From Glycera tridactyla (Eukaryota): a DNA stretch of 64,000 nt. Every line of letters begins with the position of its first letter. Within the stretch, counting starts at the first letter, position 1. The stretch is taken from positions 40,796,001 through 40,860,000 of the forward strand of contig OZ286461.1 of NCBI GenBank assembly GCA_965644265.1, given 5' to 3'. Under the pieces are notes generated by a model. The model was not told the DNA's origin, did not search any database, and was given only the letters and a program-made list of their open reading frames with translations. The translations under genes and the position numbers were made by a program. This document shows positions 11,429 through 24,900 of this stretch, in pieces.

Positions 11429-14084
11429 CTGGGAAGAGGGTCTCCACTCTCCAGGGGCTTCCAATAAACAAAATCGACTTGGTCTGAAAAATGATATGAT
11501 ATTCCGGTTCCAGTAAAGACACCATAACATTTCATTTCAAATATTCTCATCTAGATCAATTTATATTCGAGATTCATGCCCCCCCCCCGATCTCCCACCA
11601 TCATATGGGACCATCCATAATTGCTGGGAAACAAAAAATATATAAAGAAGGACCTGTATGAAGCAACCACCCCCAGCGCAACAAAAATGATTGTTCAAGA
11701 CAGGTGGTTGCTAGATACTTGAAATTATAATGAAAAATACTCCGAGGGAAACTCCGGAAATGGCTGCTTTAAGACAGAGAGTTGCTTGGTTGGTTTTGGT
11801 TTAACGTCAGCAACATCTGGGCTACATTGTGACGCCCATGCAATGGGCATGGTTGGGATCTTCCAAGACTCCTCCTTCTGGGCCACAAACAACGCAGGCA
11901 GACTCGGGATGGCTACGCCGGCTAACTCGATGGGTTGCCTGTTTCTCACTCAGTGAACAGCAACTGGGACGTCCATGTAAAGGGTGGGATCATTCAAGAC
12001 CCCCTCCTGGGTCCTATAAGGAAGATGGACATTTTTGAAGTCTTGAAAATCAGGGAGTGCAATAATGATTTGATAAATTATCCCATGCGATGGCGAATGT
12101 TTCACAGACATGTATTCTTTGTGTGAATGAATCAAGTAACGTTTTAGTTTTCGGAATTATAGAATCACTAATATGCCTTGAACGATTTACCACGGATATG
12201 AATCGATACGTATCGCGATACGCTGCTCACGATACGATATCTCCACGATATATATCTCAAGTATTTTGCGAAAACATCAAGAAATTAGCGTCTATCCCTC
12301 CGTATATGCTAGTCCCAGTCATTATTAAACCGGGCCTATATTCAAACGAGGACGCAGTGCACTTGGGTTCCAGGGTTGTTTCGTTTGGTAAATACCTGAT
12401 AAGTAATCCCAGTCACGGATTGGCTCAGCCGCATGTTTCCTTTCTGTGAACTGCTGGATCTGTTGGACTTGAATCTTGGGTCATTATCCACAGAGCTTCC
12501 TATTCACTCCCACTGGTCAGTCATGAGGTGCACTTCGCGTGGTATATCTAATTTGAATAGTTTTTGTAGTGCTGCCACACGTGAACCAAACTCTTCATGG
12601 CTCATTGCAAGGCACCCTATCTACATGTGAGGAATAGATGAACATTGGTGCACCTGAAAATCAATCATCGTTGCTTTCTCCTCTAGTTTAGGGTCAACGT
12701 ACTTTCAATCTTACTGGGAAGAGAAATACTATTGATGTGAGCCACCGCTGCCGGAGATACTCACCTACTCTTCGCCAAAGCTTCATATTTGTCAAATTAC
12801 TCAGAATCTATGCAAATAAGCATCCGTCAAATTAATTTTCAGAAATAATTTGTCTAATTCAGTACATCGTAATGCTTTCCTCCTGTGAGTGATTGAGATG
12901 TGCTTTCTGCAACCAAGTAAGATATGTTTAATCATGAGATCGCAACTGCATGCAAAGCAATGAAGTTTGTCTTGTTTTTTCTATATGATGAAAGAGAAGC
13001 GTTACTATCTTCAAATGGGAAAATTATCTCCCCTCTTCTATTAACTAATACTACGATGACTTCCTCTATCAGTTTATTTCATTATGTTCATTCTTTTCTC
13101 CATCCACTCTGCCAAGGCCAATCAAATTAGAACTTTTTTGGTTTGACCTCTGGTTAGTTGGTTCTGGTTTAACGTCACGTCAGCGCCATATGTGCTATAT
13201 TGTGACACCCCTGCAATGGGCATTGGTTAGGCAATTCTCGGTCTCCAACAGAAAGTGAATATTTTCAAAATCCGCACACCCAAGCTGCCATTTCTGGCAT
13301 CAAAATATTGAACACAATGTCATCCTGCCTCTGCCATCTTTGGTGTGTATGAACATTCTATATGATTGGTTGAGTCTTTCCAAGACCTTGCACTGTCCAG
13401 AAGCAAGTGGTGTCGCTTGGGGGAAAATTAGGGCATCCTTGCTTTTCTCCATTCGCTAGTATTTTCCGGGTACTATCTGCATCGAACTAATGGTGACTGA
13501 AATGCCGCGTCAGAGCCCTGCTTTCACGTTTTCCCCCTCATTTTAAAACCTCGGATACACCAGTTCAGATACACCTTTACCTAGTCAGATACGATGACCT
13601 GAGTGTCTGTGGATTCACACACTACCACCTTTCGCTGGCGTGCATAGGCGTCCCAATATAGCTGAGATGGTGCTCACAAATTACCAACCAATCAACTTGC
13701 CAACCAACACCTCTGCCTACATCACAAAACATCAATGAACTCACGTGTATTATATTCTATTGCGTGACTGAGTTGGAAGCTGTTTGATCTCTCGTCTCAA
13801 CAGGTCTGTTTGGGTTAAATTGATATACCTGTGTAATCGGAACGGATGGTTGGTTGGCTAGGTGGTTGTTCTGTCCGTCTCCTGAGCACATGGTTCGCTA
13901 AACTGAGATGCCTATCGAATAACCGTGGCTAAGATCATTCAGAACTGCAGGTTGTTAACTCCCTATACAGAGGTAGAAATGATATGAAAATCATCAACAC
14001 TCAGAGTGTCATTTTTGTAAGCCCTAAACAAAATTCATGAAATTCCCAATCACTCATTGTGCGAAGGAGGGACACAGGACTGGA

Positions 14085-14196
14085 ACTTGAGGAGCTGTCT
14101 GTATGCATGCATGACAGAGGGCAGTGGCGCACCATCATAGCCCGAGCTAGAGCAAGCACGAAATAAGCAAGTAAGCATTGTGCGAATATTGAGCAT
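14085..14196 (+). mobile_element. RTE-type LINE 3' tip (DTGLELEELSVCMHDRGQWRTIIARARASTK*)
   Basis: DR..WR C-terminal motif followed by an AAGC/AAGT tail. Confidence 0.6.
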
Positions 14197-14319
14197 AGGA
14201 AGGGGACAATCAAATATGACCTTCAAGTGTGCTTAGCAATAGTTTGTGTTTGTTTGAGGTTTAACGGCATTTATCAACCCTGGGATAATGTATGCTGTGA
14301 TTTGCTGGTCAATGAATTT

Positions 14320-14485
14320 TGTTTTGTTTTGTTGGGGGTTTAACGTCACGTCAGCTCCATCTGGGCTATATTGTGACGCCTATGCAATGGGCATGGGTGG
14401 GATCATTCAAGACTCCTCCTTCTGGCTCCCCAATAGAAGGCGAATATTTATGAAATTCACAGACACTCAAGGTGTCATTTCTGTT
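14320..14485 (-). mobile_element. SINE/retroposon 3' segment with (AAAC)n-type tail; other copies at ~11785-11900, 13140-13270, 13590-13700 (opposite strand), 26215-26390, 51495-51630 and 51635-51805
   Basis: Shared core TTTAACGTCAC-TCAGCTCCATCTGGGCTATATTGTGACGCC-ATGCAATGGGCATGGGTGGGATCATTCAAGACTCC. Confidence 0.85.
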
Positions 14486-14790
14486 TAAAAACTAGATGTT
14501 CTCCTCTCCCCTGCAGACATCTCTCTCACAAACCCTGAACACAAGATGATGGGGAACCTCTACCTACTATTCATGAACAAACTGAATCTAATGGCTGGAA
14601 GCTAACACTCAAGCCTGATAGCAATGCTTCTTTTTTTAGCGAAGTGCAGCACTTGAAACAGGGAAAAGCATTAGATTCGGAGAATACTCAACCAATGTGT
14701 CCAATTACAAACTGTCGACTTCAAGCCGGCTTTACAATCTCGCCCTATCTTTGCAATACTTGAATAGAAGTTTCCCATACTTATGATATA

Positions 14791-14967
14791 CAGTCAAACA
14801 TGTCCTAAGCAGCCACCCTTCGGGAAGGCAAAAAGTGGCTGCTTAGGACAGGTGGCTGCTTAGAGCAGGTTATTCATAGTGGAAAAAACCCCGGTGGGAA
14901 ATTCAAAAGTGGCTGCTTAGGGCAGGTGGCTGCTTAGTACAGTGGCTGCCTAGGACAGGTTCAACTA
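14791..14967. mobile_element. TA-flanked MITE with GGCTGCTTAG subrepeats; shorter relative at 43833-43935
   Basis: TA|CAGTCAAAC ... GTTCAACTA|TA; the GCAGCCACCCTTCGGGAAGGCAAAAAGTGGCTGCTTAGG block is shared. Confidence 0.85.
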
Positions 14968-15569
14968 TACCTATGCAAAACTTGCCGCATCTCTATCAAC
15001 CGAGTACATGTACTTAGTTAACTGGTACCTGCTTTGAAAATACTAACCATGCTGCTGTAGCAGTGTCAGTACTGCTTCAGGCAATGAATCTCCCTAGACC
15101 TTTGTGGATTAGTTGTGTCCCCATATCACACCCCCAACTTGCTGTTCTCCAGTTGGCTGCCTCTGATAAAAGGTAATTGGCAACATCACTCAAGCAAATT
15201 ATGAAAGAAATGTCTCTGAAGTGGGATGCTGTGACTGATTCCATTTCATGCCTGACAGATAGTAGATGGTCGATGGCATAATCCTTACATGCTAGTTTGA
15301 TTATGAGAGATGTATATTCACCTACTTGGAAACAATTTGTTGAGACGCTTCTCAATATTTCAACCTCTCTCGTAGCAGTCTTGTTCACATGTTGGATTAC
15401 TAACAATCCAGCAGGTGGCCAAAACTGCTAGGAGAGTGGATGAAATGCTGTGAAACATCTCAACAAACAAGTACTAGTGAATATGCATCTCTCATGGATT
15501 ATCTTGAAACCAACAACAACAAACTTGTAATTAGTAGCAAATAGATTGTTCTTGGTTCCAAGATGATTC

Positions 15570-15899
15570 ATGTTGAAATCATTTTCACTTACTTTGGAAC
15601 AATGTTTTGAAACAGTCAAGACGTTTTGACCACTTTACAAGCAGTCTTGATCACTTGATGGGTCAGTGGTCACAGCTCACAGCGTAAAGTCAAGGGGGCC
15701 ATCCACATAAAACAGAGAAGCCCATCGATGAAAAGGGACCAAGGGTACGTGCTCCCCCAGTCTACAACCTGCTCCTTCTACCTGAGCGGCGAGCTGTGAC
15801 CACTGACCCATCAAGTGATCAAGACTGCTTGTAGAGTGGTCGGAACGTCTTGACTGTTTCAAAACATTGTTCCAGAGTAAGTGAAAATGATTTCAACAT
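15570..15899. mobile_element. Foldback element: ~110-bp inverted arms (15570-15678, 15791-15899) around a ~112-bp spacer
   Basis: Arms are near-perfect reverse complements; degenerate symmetry extends to about 15470-16010. Confidence 0.85.
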
Positions 15900-16685
15900 A
15901 TTTGCAATTAGTTTGAATAGTTGTTTGTTTCTTGTCTCCTCGGCAACACTTCAGCTATACATGTATTGAGATGTATATGCATAGTGGGATCATTAGGTAC
16001 TTCCCCTGGGTCCCTGGCAAAAGTGAATGATGTAAGAATATCAGGATACAATCTTGTGAACTATAGTTCTCAACATCATAGGATATAAGGACCTTCATTG
16101 GGAGGCATACTTTTTAATGAGGTTGGAAGGTGGGCCCTCCGAGTGTGTGTCTAGATCCAAATGAGCAGTGCTCCAGGTCGTTTGGCTCAGTGCACCCCAA
16201 TAACATGGTAGAATGAAGACAAAGTCAATACAATTATATTTTTTTTAGCCGCTAAAATTTATTCTTAAGAAGAAAATGTATTATCACAGGGCAATATATA
16301 TGCCAGCAAGCAGCATGTTTGGATTGGGGTGCAAATGAATCATTATGTGAAGATATTGGAAACAATAAAAACATACATGATAAAAGTGAGAACAATAACA
16401 TATGCAATTCAAAGCAATAACCTCACATACTGTGATAACAATAACATAAATACAGGATGATCAGGCAGTTTATCACATCACGTATTTGTATTGCACAATA
16501 TGGAAAACGAATTTCATGTTTTTCTTGATGGAGTCATATCTCCAACTGCATCTCAGAACATTGGGGAAGAACTTTTGCCTATGTTTGGTGACATACCCGG
16601 CCAGAGGCACAAAGCCAGCCTGAGGCCTAGGCAACAACCTACTGAGGCAATTCACAGCTCTTCCAATATTCACCATATATTTATA

Positions 16686-17175
16686 CGGTAAAACCTGTCT
16701 TAAGTGAAGAGCCACGGGACCAAATTTTTTTTTCACTTAAGACAGGATTTCACTTAGCACAGGATTTCACTACTGTTTGTCTGATATGGATAAGAAATAC
16801 AGTGAAACCTGTCATTAGCGATCACCTCTCTTGAACGATCGCTTTTGTTTGCCAAAATACCAAATACTTCTTAAAAGACCTGTGACAAGCGATGACCTCT
16901 CTTAACATGACCAGCAAACGGCCTAAACGGTAGCGATTACCTGCAACAAGCAATGTAGAACTGCTCACAATTGAGCTGATCTCAACTTCACTTTTCACTT
17001 ATGACAGGATGGAAGGTACCATGGGACCAAAAATGGTTTTTCATTGTTCAGGTTAGACAGGTTTTTGCCTAATCCAGGACAATTATAGTGAAAAAAACAG
17101 TTGGGCGGTCCGTGGCGTATGTGCTTAAGACAGGATTTCACCTAGCACAGGTTTTCACTTGAGCAGATTTTACTG
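16686..17175. mobile_element. Chimeric ~490-bp TA-flanked MITE (family A), copy 1
   Basis: TA flanks; reverse complement of 44156-44640; carries an internal second CAGTGAAACCTG end at ~16800. Confidence 0.9.
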
Positions 17176-20100
17176 TATCACTCAATACATTGAATGGATT
17201 TTATGAGTTGCATGGGATGTACACTTGGACTCAAAGTGAAAGGCAGACATAGAACATCAATACATATAATAATATAAAAGGATAATCAGACAGACTTAAC
17301 TAAAAAAGAAAGCCATCCAGTAACATGAAATTCTCAATCAAGAAAGCTTGGTGGATTCCTTCCAGACAGAACAACAATTGAAACAGATTCATGGGCATGT
17401 GAGTCCAGAAAGACGGCACATGTACCAGCAAGAATTTCTAACTGACAGCTTCCATGGCCCACTCACCGTAGCTCAGCCAGGGCTCACCTTAATAATTGAA
17501 AATTGAGTGGTTGCATGAACTGCACTGTAACTTACTGCAGCATTTGAGAATGAACAAATTCTCGAGTAGAAATCAACAACTTTATGATGAAAAAGTGTTA
17601 AACACTGTTACAAAGCAATCGGGATTTCACTGTTACAAAGCAATCGGGATTTCCAGATCATATTTGCGTGAAGACATACTTGCAGGTGAATTATGGGCTC
17701 GCCATGTCGGCAAACTTAGTTGTTCTGCAAGGAACTGAGGAATGCTCTGAATTATCCTGCAAGAATAGTGAGATGGAAAGGTGAAGTGATAAATGTTGGT
17801 AGTCAAATCCATTATCAATAAGAAACCAATTCATTAATTCTCTCTGCCATCTTTATATACATAAATACCCATGGAAGTTCACAACCTAAACAAGAAACAC
17901 CGCTCAACCTCCAATGGCATAGAAATATAAAAAATAGTAACATACTGGATGAAAATACTCATGATAGCATGACAGAAAGAGGAATACATGTACACTGAAG
18001 ATGAACATTTGCCAATCTGTAGGAATACAATTGTTAACAGCGCGACCAAAAGTATAATGTTTTCTGATATGGAGGTAGAAAACCCATAAGATGTGGGGAG
18101 CTAATTAGCAATGCCATTCTGGTCACAATCACAACTTGGTATGTGTTCAGAGAAAATCCCACCACTGTATTGAACAGCCAGTACAACAGTTTTCACTTGG
18201 GAAATATCAACAGATCTGGGCTGTTGGAGATAACTTGGGCATACATTACAGAGACTGGAGCACTTTCATTTTCCACCAAATTATTTTGCCATTTTGGCTC
18301 AAGATACTCAAGTCTGGTTGGCTTGTTTGGGTATACTTAGTTTGGAATGGTCAATTTTTCCTATGGAGATGCCTCTTTGCTTTTATAACTAATTTCGTGT
18401 ATGAAATTTGGGTTTGATGGCCCACAATTGATTTGATTTGCAAATCAGTGATGGCTTAATATTCATATCTATTTGTTGAAGAGTTTTGTCTACATTGAAG
18501 TTCTTGGATGATAGTTATATCATGATGTTATTGATGATAAAGAATGAAGGGCTACACATTTCATACTCATGGAACTTGACACGCCATGCTAAATGTTGGG
18601 ACATTCAAAAATGCAAAATGTAAAGAAAACTGCGTAAGCAATAACATGATAACAATCCAGCAAGAAGGAGCTGATCATTTCAATGGCAAATATTAACAAT
18701 ACATTATCGATATCATAATTCCTCTATACAATTATCACATGTCAAAGAATGTTCACCTGGCAACACAAAATGCTTATGGTTTCACAGATATGACCGATAC
18801 ACGTTAAACTTGGAACACTTTTGTCAGGATGACCACAATGAAAGTGAAGTCCCCAGTTTATAACCAGATTTGATTTTTCAAAGGGTGTTCACATACCGGC
18901 TGTAATTTGCCTACACCTCCTGAACAAGTGCCCATTAGGTATTGCTGATGATAGTTCAAAGGTCAACATCCTGTGAGAATATTTCCTTGGTTGTAAACTG
19001 AAAATTCTACCCTCATTGTCTGATATTCCAATCTGATGCAACGCTGCAGGGTGACCACTAGTAATACACATTATGCCACAGATTCAGATGACGGGATATA
19101 TTCGAAGGCTGCAAAGTCCTCATTCCATGCCAGTGCACTGCCATAACAATATCATGCCATCTATGAAATTTCAGGAACCAGCCTGAAATTATATGAGACT
19201 AGCTAGGCCTCTGTACTGTCTTGCAACAGCGGGATTTTATGCATCAAAGATCAAATCCCAGTTTCTGACATGAATGACTCTGTAAAATTTGACAAATCTC
19301 AACCACAAAATAGGTGCCTGCACATTTGATGGTTTCAAACTCTTTCTGACAGTTTTGATAGTGTAGAAATATATTCGTTTCGCGCTATTTGTTCTTTGTT
19401 CATTGGGTTTATCAGTGAATCAGATAGATCCAGAGTTACCATTGATACGGTCACAGGGGCCTCTTTCACAAATGGTTGTGGTTGCACTTTACATGACATA
19501 GGTGCTCGCAATACCATGATTTTTTCACCATTATCATTGAGAGCAGTTATTGTCCTATGGGACGCTCATGTCCTTGAGTGAAGGGGGCCCCTGACATAGA
19601 ATTATGGCCAGTCTACTTTGATCTACCATCGAAACCTGAGGATCCATGAGTTGAGAAATCAGAAGACATTTATTTCCTGGTGGGATTTGATGATTTCATC
19701 AGATAATCACAGTTTGCTGCTACCTAGCATCACTATCGAGACACTATAAGCACTACCGCAGACAATATATTGTCCCCCCTCGAGGACACCGATAATCACC
19801 TATTACATCTCAACAATGTTTAGACCTTTTCATCAACGCAGACTTTCATTATGGCTAGAAACAATTAATGACTTCACCAGACTTCTTCACTTATCGACTC
19901 CCCGCCCCCTCACTAGCCAGATCACTAAACTCATCATCTGTACACATCTCTCAGATTTGTGTAATTAGAATTCAGACATGTAAGAAATGTTCCGCAAAAG
20001 GAAGCAGACTTCTGCAAATAAAATGCAAGAAGGGTTGAGTAACTTGTTCCATTTCCTGACAAGTATTCTGCAAGCAATGAATGTAACAACCGAGATATAC

Positions 20101-20228
20101 ACGAATATGCTACCCAGCTCATCAATCTGAACAAAAACAGGAAAAATTGGAATTACAGTACATGTACATGTATATGCAAGTCAGGTATGCTACACACTTC
20201 CAGCTCACCAGCGCAGCAGAAGTCTTAG

Positions 20229-20254
20229 TTACAGGCCCTGTGTAATTCCAACAT
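20229..20254 (-). CDS. KIF19: Probable last coding exon of KIF19 (DVGITQGL*)
   Basis: CTAAC branch point plus attccag acceptor, phase 1, TAA at 20229-20231. An alternative terminal exon near 19544-19590 cannot be excluded. Confidence 0.55.
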
Positions 20255-21854
20255 CTGGAATATTTCGAGTTAGGGGAAAATGACAGATTTGAGTAAAATC
20301 TCTCACTACTTCTGCTTCCTGCAATCCACCTCGCAACACTTTGGCAACCAATTGCATAGACTTTCCTTTCATCATTCCAATCAATATGCACTTCACCTTT
20401 CATTCCTCATTTGCAGCCTAGAATGTCCGTGGAATGTACAGAAGCCACCACACCACGCTCAATAATGCCCAAATTGATATATATCTCACAACCTAATGAT
20501 CACCAAGTGATTAATGTGATTTTACACAAATGACATTCATAACTTGGGATGGTCACGGGGCACGTAAGCAGAAGCAAAGTCTCTTGACATGAAAAGAAGC
20601 ACATGACCCTCTCATGTTATGCAGCACAATGCCGCTTACATCTGTCCAATTTCGATGGGAAATCCATCACACAACTTCCACTAAACAGCCTTCCTGGACA
20701 TTCCTTTGTGCAATGTATGTCCACCACTACAGAGTGTCTGGATTGAGTAGTCAATCTGAGTCAATCCCTCTCATACAGCTGCATTCAGCAAGATGCGGAA
20801 CTGAAGGCAGGCTATGTCCTACACAAACGAAAAAAGACACTACATATGGCATCATTTATAATTTGCTGACGGAGTGTCCTGTGATACCAAAGTTGGCACG
20901 TCCGTAATGTGGTATTGACGGTGCCCGTTTGCCATCAAGCCGTGACCGACTGGTCTGTACAGGAGTTGATGTATCTGATGCAGGACCTGCAAGCAGAAAA
21001 AAATAATGAAAGTTAGCGATTCTCCTGTCCTGACCTTGAGGCTTTGAATGTTCAATTCAAGAATTGTCTTCTGATAATGATCAAATTTGTACTTGTCCAT
21101 GTATCATCCAGTAAGGAATAATATTTATTTCCGGAGGACCATTCCATTGATAATACCTCAATTTTTCGAAAAGAAGGAACATTTGGAACGGAATCTACAC
21201 CAGAGCAATATTGGCGGAGAAGATCCTGCACTTCCTGAATACTGATAATTTGATTACAAACAAAGACTTATTCAGTGTGTTGCAGCAGTCCAGTTTAGAA
21301 TAGTGATAATCTCATTCAATGAGTACAGAAAATTGTAAGAAAAAAACTACAGAAAAATATTACAGGATGAATATTTCTCCTGCCCTTCTAATAGGAAATA
21401 ATGATTACCTCGAACTCGCTTCTGCAATGTGAGACCCCTGCCCTTTTCTGGTGCCATTTGCTGGACCGTCTGTGGTGGTGTTGGAGGCGGGTCGAATTTA
21501 ACATCATCATCTGGAATATGCAAGTCCAAAATGCACATTTATGTAAACTACGTATGAGCTCAGGCCAATGACACACACATTTTTTTAGTGATAGAAATCA
21601 TGTCAGAGACATATTTCCAGATTGTACTGGCAACAGGTCCATGAAATGTGTTCCAAACGCCCAAATTATTTTTTGACTTGTACGGGATTTGAACCATCAA
21701 CCTTCCAGTTTGGCACCCTCGCCAGCAACAAACTGCCAGCGCTCTTGTCCTCTACACCATGGCGGATCCATAAAAAATGGATTCACTATGGGTGCAGTTA
21801 AGCCAGAGCACTGGCAGTGTGTTACCCCCAGAGGTCAATGTATCACGAAACCTG

Positions 21855-21920
<66 letters not shown>

Positions 21921-24900
21921 ACACACACACACAAACACACACACATGCATTCACATACACACACACACGCATTCACATACACACACACACACACACACAT
22001 TTACGTACACACACACTCACACACACATTCATTAGCATGCAAACACACAAAAAACCTCGCACACATTCACGTCATTCAATTGCCGCCAGTGCCATGTTAC
22101 TGAGTGTTGTTGCTTCTGCAGTGCTCTACATTAACCCTTTTTCAGCTGTCCTTTGGGCACGTGAAGTGCAAGTTTCACCTGCCCTCCCTGTCATTTCCAC
22201 CCGCCCTACTGCATACAATCATAGACTAACTAGTGGTTAGACACCTGCTCTAGCATTAAATCTGCCTGGCTGTGCCAGTGAGGCAACCCTTCTGCAAAGT
22301 CTGCAAAGTCCTTTTGTATCGATGTCATTCTCACGTTTGAATTAAAGGCATAGGTATCAATACAGAAAAAGTATGAATGTTTCACCGCTATGTGGAAAAT
22401 CATTGATGCTCACCTTCATCAGCAGCTGTAGTAACGGTACTTTGGTTCCGCTTTCCCCGGGCACCCATGCCAGGCTGTGGTAAAAGACTTCTCCGCCGAT
22501 CAGTATTTGAACGTACATCTGCGAAACTAGACATGGATGTCTGATCCTGGGGTCTACGGTGCGAAACAGAAGCACGATTCAACTGAAACAGAGATAGTGA
22601 AACAGCGAATCAATAAATAGCAATGGTTAACTTTGGTTTCCCATTGGATCTGAATTGTTTGCAGGAGTAATCCCATGAAATACATCTCAGTATGAATAGA
22701 GATCCATATTCTGATTATATTTACTTTGAATGAGTCAAGTTTTCATGATTCATAAAATTTGGTACACATTTTATGTGTGAATATTCTAAATGAACGTTAT
22801 GCTGGGAGTAATTCTGTCTAAGTCTAGTGACAAAGTTCAACCCAAATCTACTCCAGTCAACCATGGGTGAGAGCCAATAACAGTGACGTTGAAATGCTCA
22901 AGTCAAATATTCAGCTAAATATTACCTCAATTAATAATGTGGCAAATTATTACCAAATACATGTTTCACATTTGGACACGGCGGATCTTCTTTTGAGGGA
23001 CCCCTCTTTCAAGAGACTGCTTTTCATCAGTTTATTTCTATATGGCCATAGTCAAATACATGTATACCTCCAATGAGAGACGGCTTGTGGTTGGCAGTTG
23101 GGCCGGTCTCCTGTGAGATGTTTTACTGTACAGAGAATGCAACAGATCAGGAATCAACATTTCTAAGGTTGCAAATGTCGAATGAAAAATAAAATCAAGC
23201 AGTTTCCGGTTTTTCACCAGTGTTATCCATACAAAAGTTTGGTGGGCTGGACTTTAGGTCACTTGGAAAGCATGATGAAGGTGCCAAAAATAAGAATTGG
23301 AAAATCAGCATGCTATATTTGGAATTCACTGTAGCAGTGGTGTCAAGAAATTCCTCATTCAAAGATATGGGGAGGGATGGTCGAATATCTCCCACTCTAC
23401 TCAGCTGTTTTCAAACAAAACAGAACTCCGGATATCAAAATAGAATTTGACTCCACACTTGTCAAACTGAACTGATTTACATCTCTACAGAAATCTAGTA
23501 CATGTAGTATGAACCTAACATACCACTCACAACTGATACAGCCCTAACCATCTTCCACTATCTGCGTCTCCACAAGGCTCAACATGAACTTTCTCCATGA
23601 GTCTTCCGGACAGGTGAAGTATGATTTACACCTACCCTACCCGACAAAGACGGGATAATGGTTGTGTACCCTGCTCCTTGACACTCCCTTATGCGATATG
23701 TGTGCAATGAAATGAAAGTGGGCAAATACAACATCCAGAAGAGTGAGCTATAAAACTGGTCAATAAAGTGGCCTCTGACGGCTAGTGAGACGTCCGAAAT
23801 TCGGGGGTCGGGACACACTAATGTGACCCCGACGGTCATCAACAGAATTAGACTAAGGACTCTGTGACGTATATTGATGATGAACGTTCTGGGTGTATTT
23901 TTCAATCCAATTTGTATTCGGTCTTGAGACGTCCACAATGCATATGCTTTTTGTATATTGATGATGAACGTTCTGGGTGTGTCTATGATGTTTAAACTTT
24001 TTGTATACATGTATTCATATGAAGTCAGTAGGGGGCGTACCTGGCAAATATATGCTACCCTGACCGCCGAATTTTGAACGTAGTAGTGAACGTACTGGAA
24101 CAATTATCTGCCCAATTTTCTATATGGAAGAGTGCACAAGCTTCGTATAAAATATTGATGATTGAAGCATCCCCTCCATGTGTTGCAAATTCAATATGGA
24201 TAGGGTTGATCCCAACCAGTACATCCTACTGGAGCAAAAGCAAGGCAAAAATCACATAAAGTTTCAAATTCACAATATTAAAATAAATATAGACTGGTCT
24301 TCAGAGGTCTTAGTAAAAGAAATGTAATAATTTATAAATGCAGTCTTCGAATTTAGCCACTCTCCCAAATCCCGGAGAGAGGGAATTAGGTTTCGAGAAG
24401 TAGAGGAGACCAGACTCACTCTCTCGGTGTGAGAGAGTGAATTTTTCAGCCGATCATAAAGTGATGACATTACTGAATTTTGTGAAGACAAAATACCACT
24501 CTTTTGCTTCCACCAACACCAGACCCTATTTCCAATAAGATGACTGCATCTACCTTCACTTGTATGATTCTGGAGTATTGAAATATGGGTTGGTGGTACT
24601 TGTCATTAATATGACACATTACATCTTGATGAAGCCTTCATTCTCACAATTGCCCTGCTCTAGTTTGAGCTCGTTTTCCTTTCGAACAAATTTCAGAGTA
24701 AATTTTTTCTGGACAATTATTTTCCTAGTCTGCCCTCCCAATGGGACACTGGCTGATTTTTTTGTGAAGGCTGTGAATGTGACATATATTTGTTCATATT
24801 TTGTTATTTCAGATAATGGTCTGTCTAATGCAATGGCATCAACTGAAGTTTGGTTCTTGTATATTCATAACATGTTCATCAGGTACAATACATGAATACT

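Noticed and set aside
10450-12520. CAGTGN loops as possible iron-responsive elements in the SLC25A38 leader (~10460, ~12512)
   Set aside because: The flanking 5-mers do not pair and the C bulge is absent.
15077-15406. 109-aa minus-strand ORF, and the ATG-less frame at ~14550-14765 (+)
   Set aside because: No recognisable domain or paired splice sites; they lie in a TE-dense region. A TBLASTN search could revive them.
17603-17652. Exact 25-bp tandem duplication
   Set aside because: An ordinary slippage duplication with no further structure.
19335-19517. 60-aa minus-strand ORF with a protein-like C-terminus
   Set aside because: It needs a phase-2 acceptor while the last KIF19 intron is phase 1; probably 3' UTR.
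21689-22240. 183-aa ORF with HT repeats and the overlapping CV-repeat ORFs (also 35379-36332)
   Set aside because: Translations of (CA)n microsatellite, SINE sequence and N-gaps.
23860-23960. SECIS element that would make the TGA codons selenocysteine
   Set aside because: The ATGA...AA...GA candidates lack the required helix II pairing.
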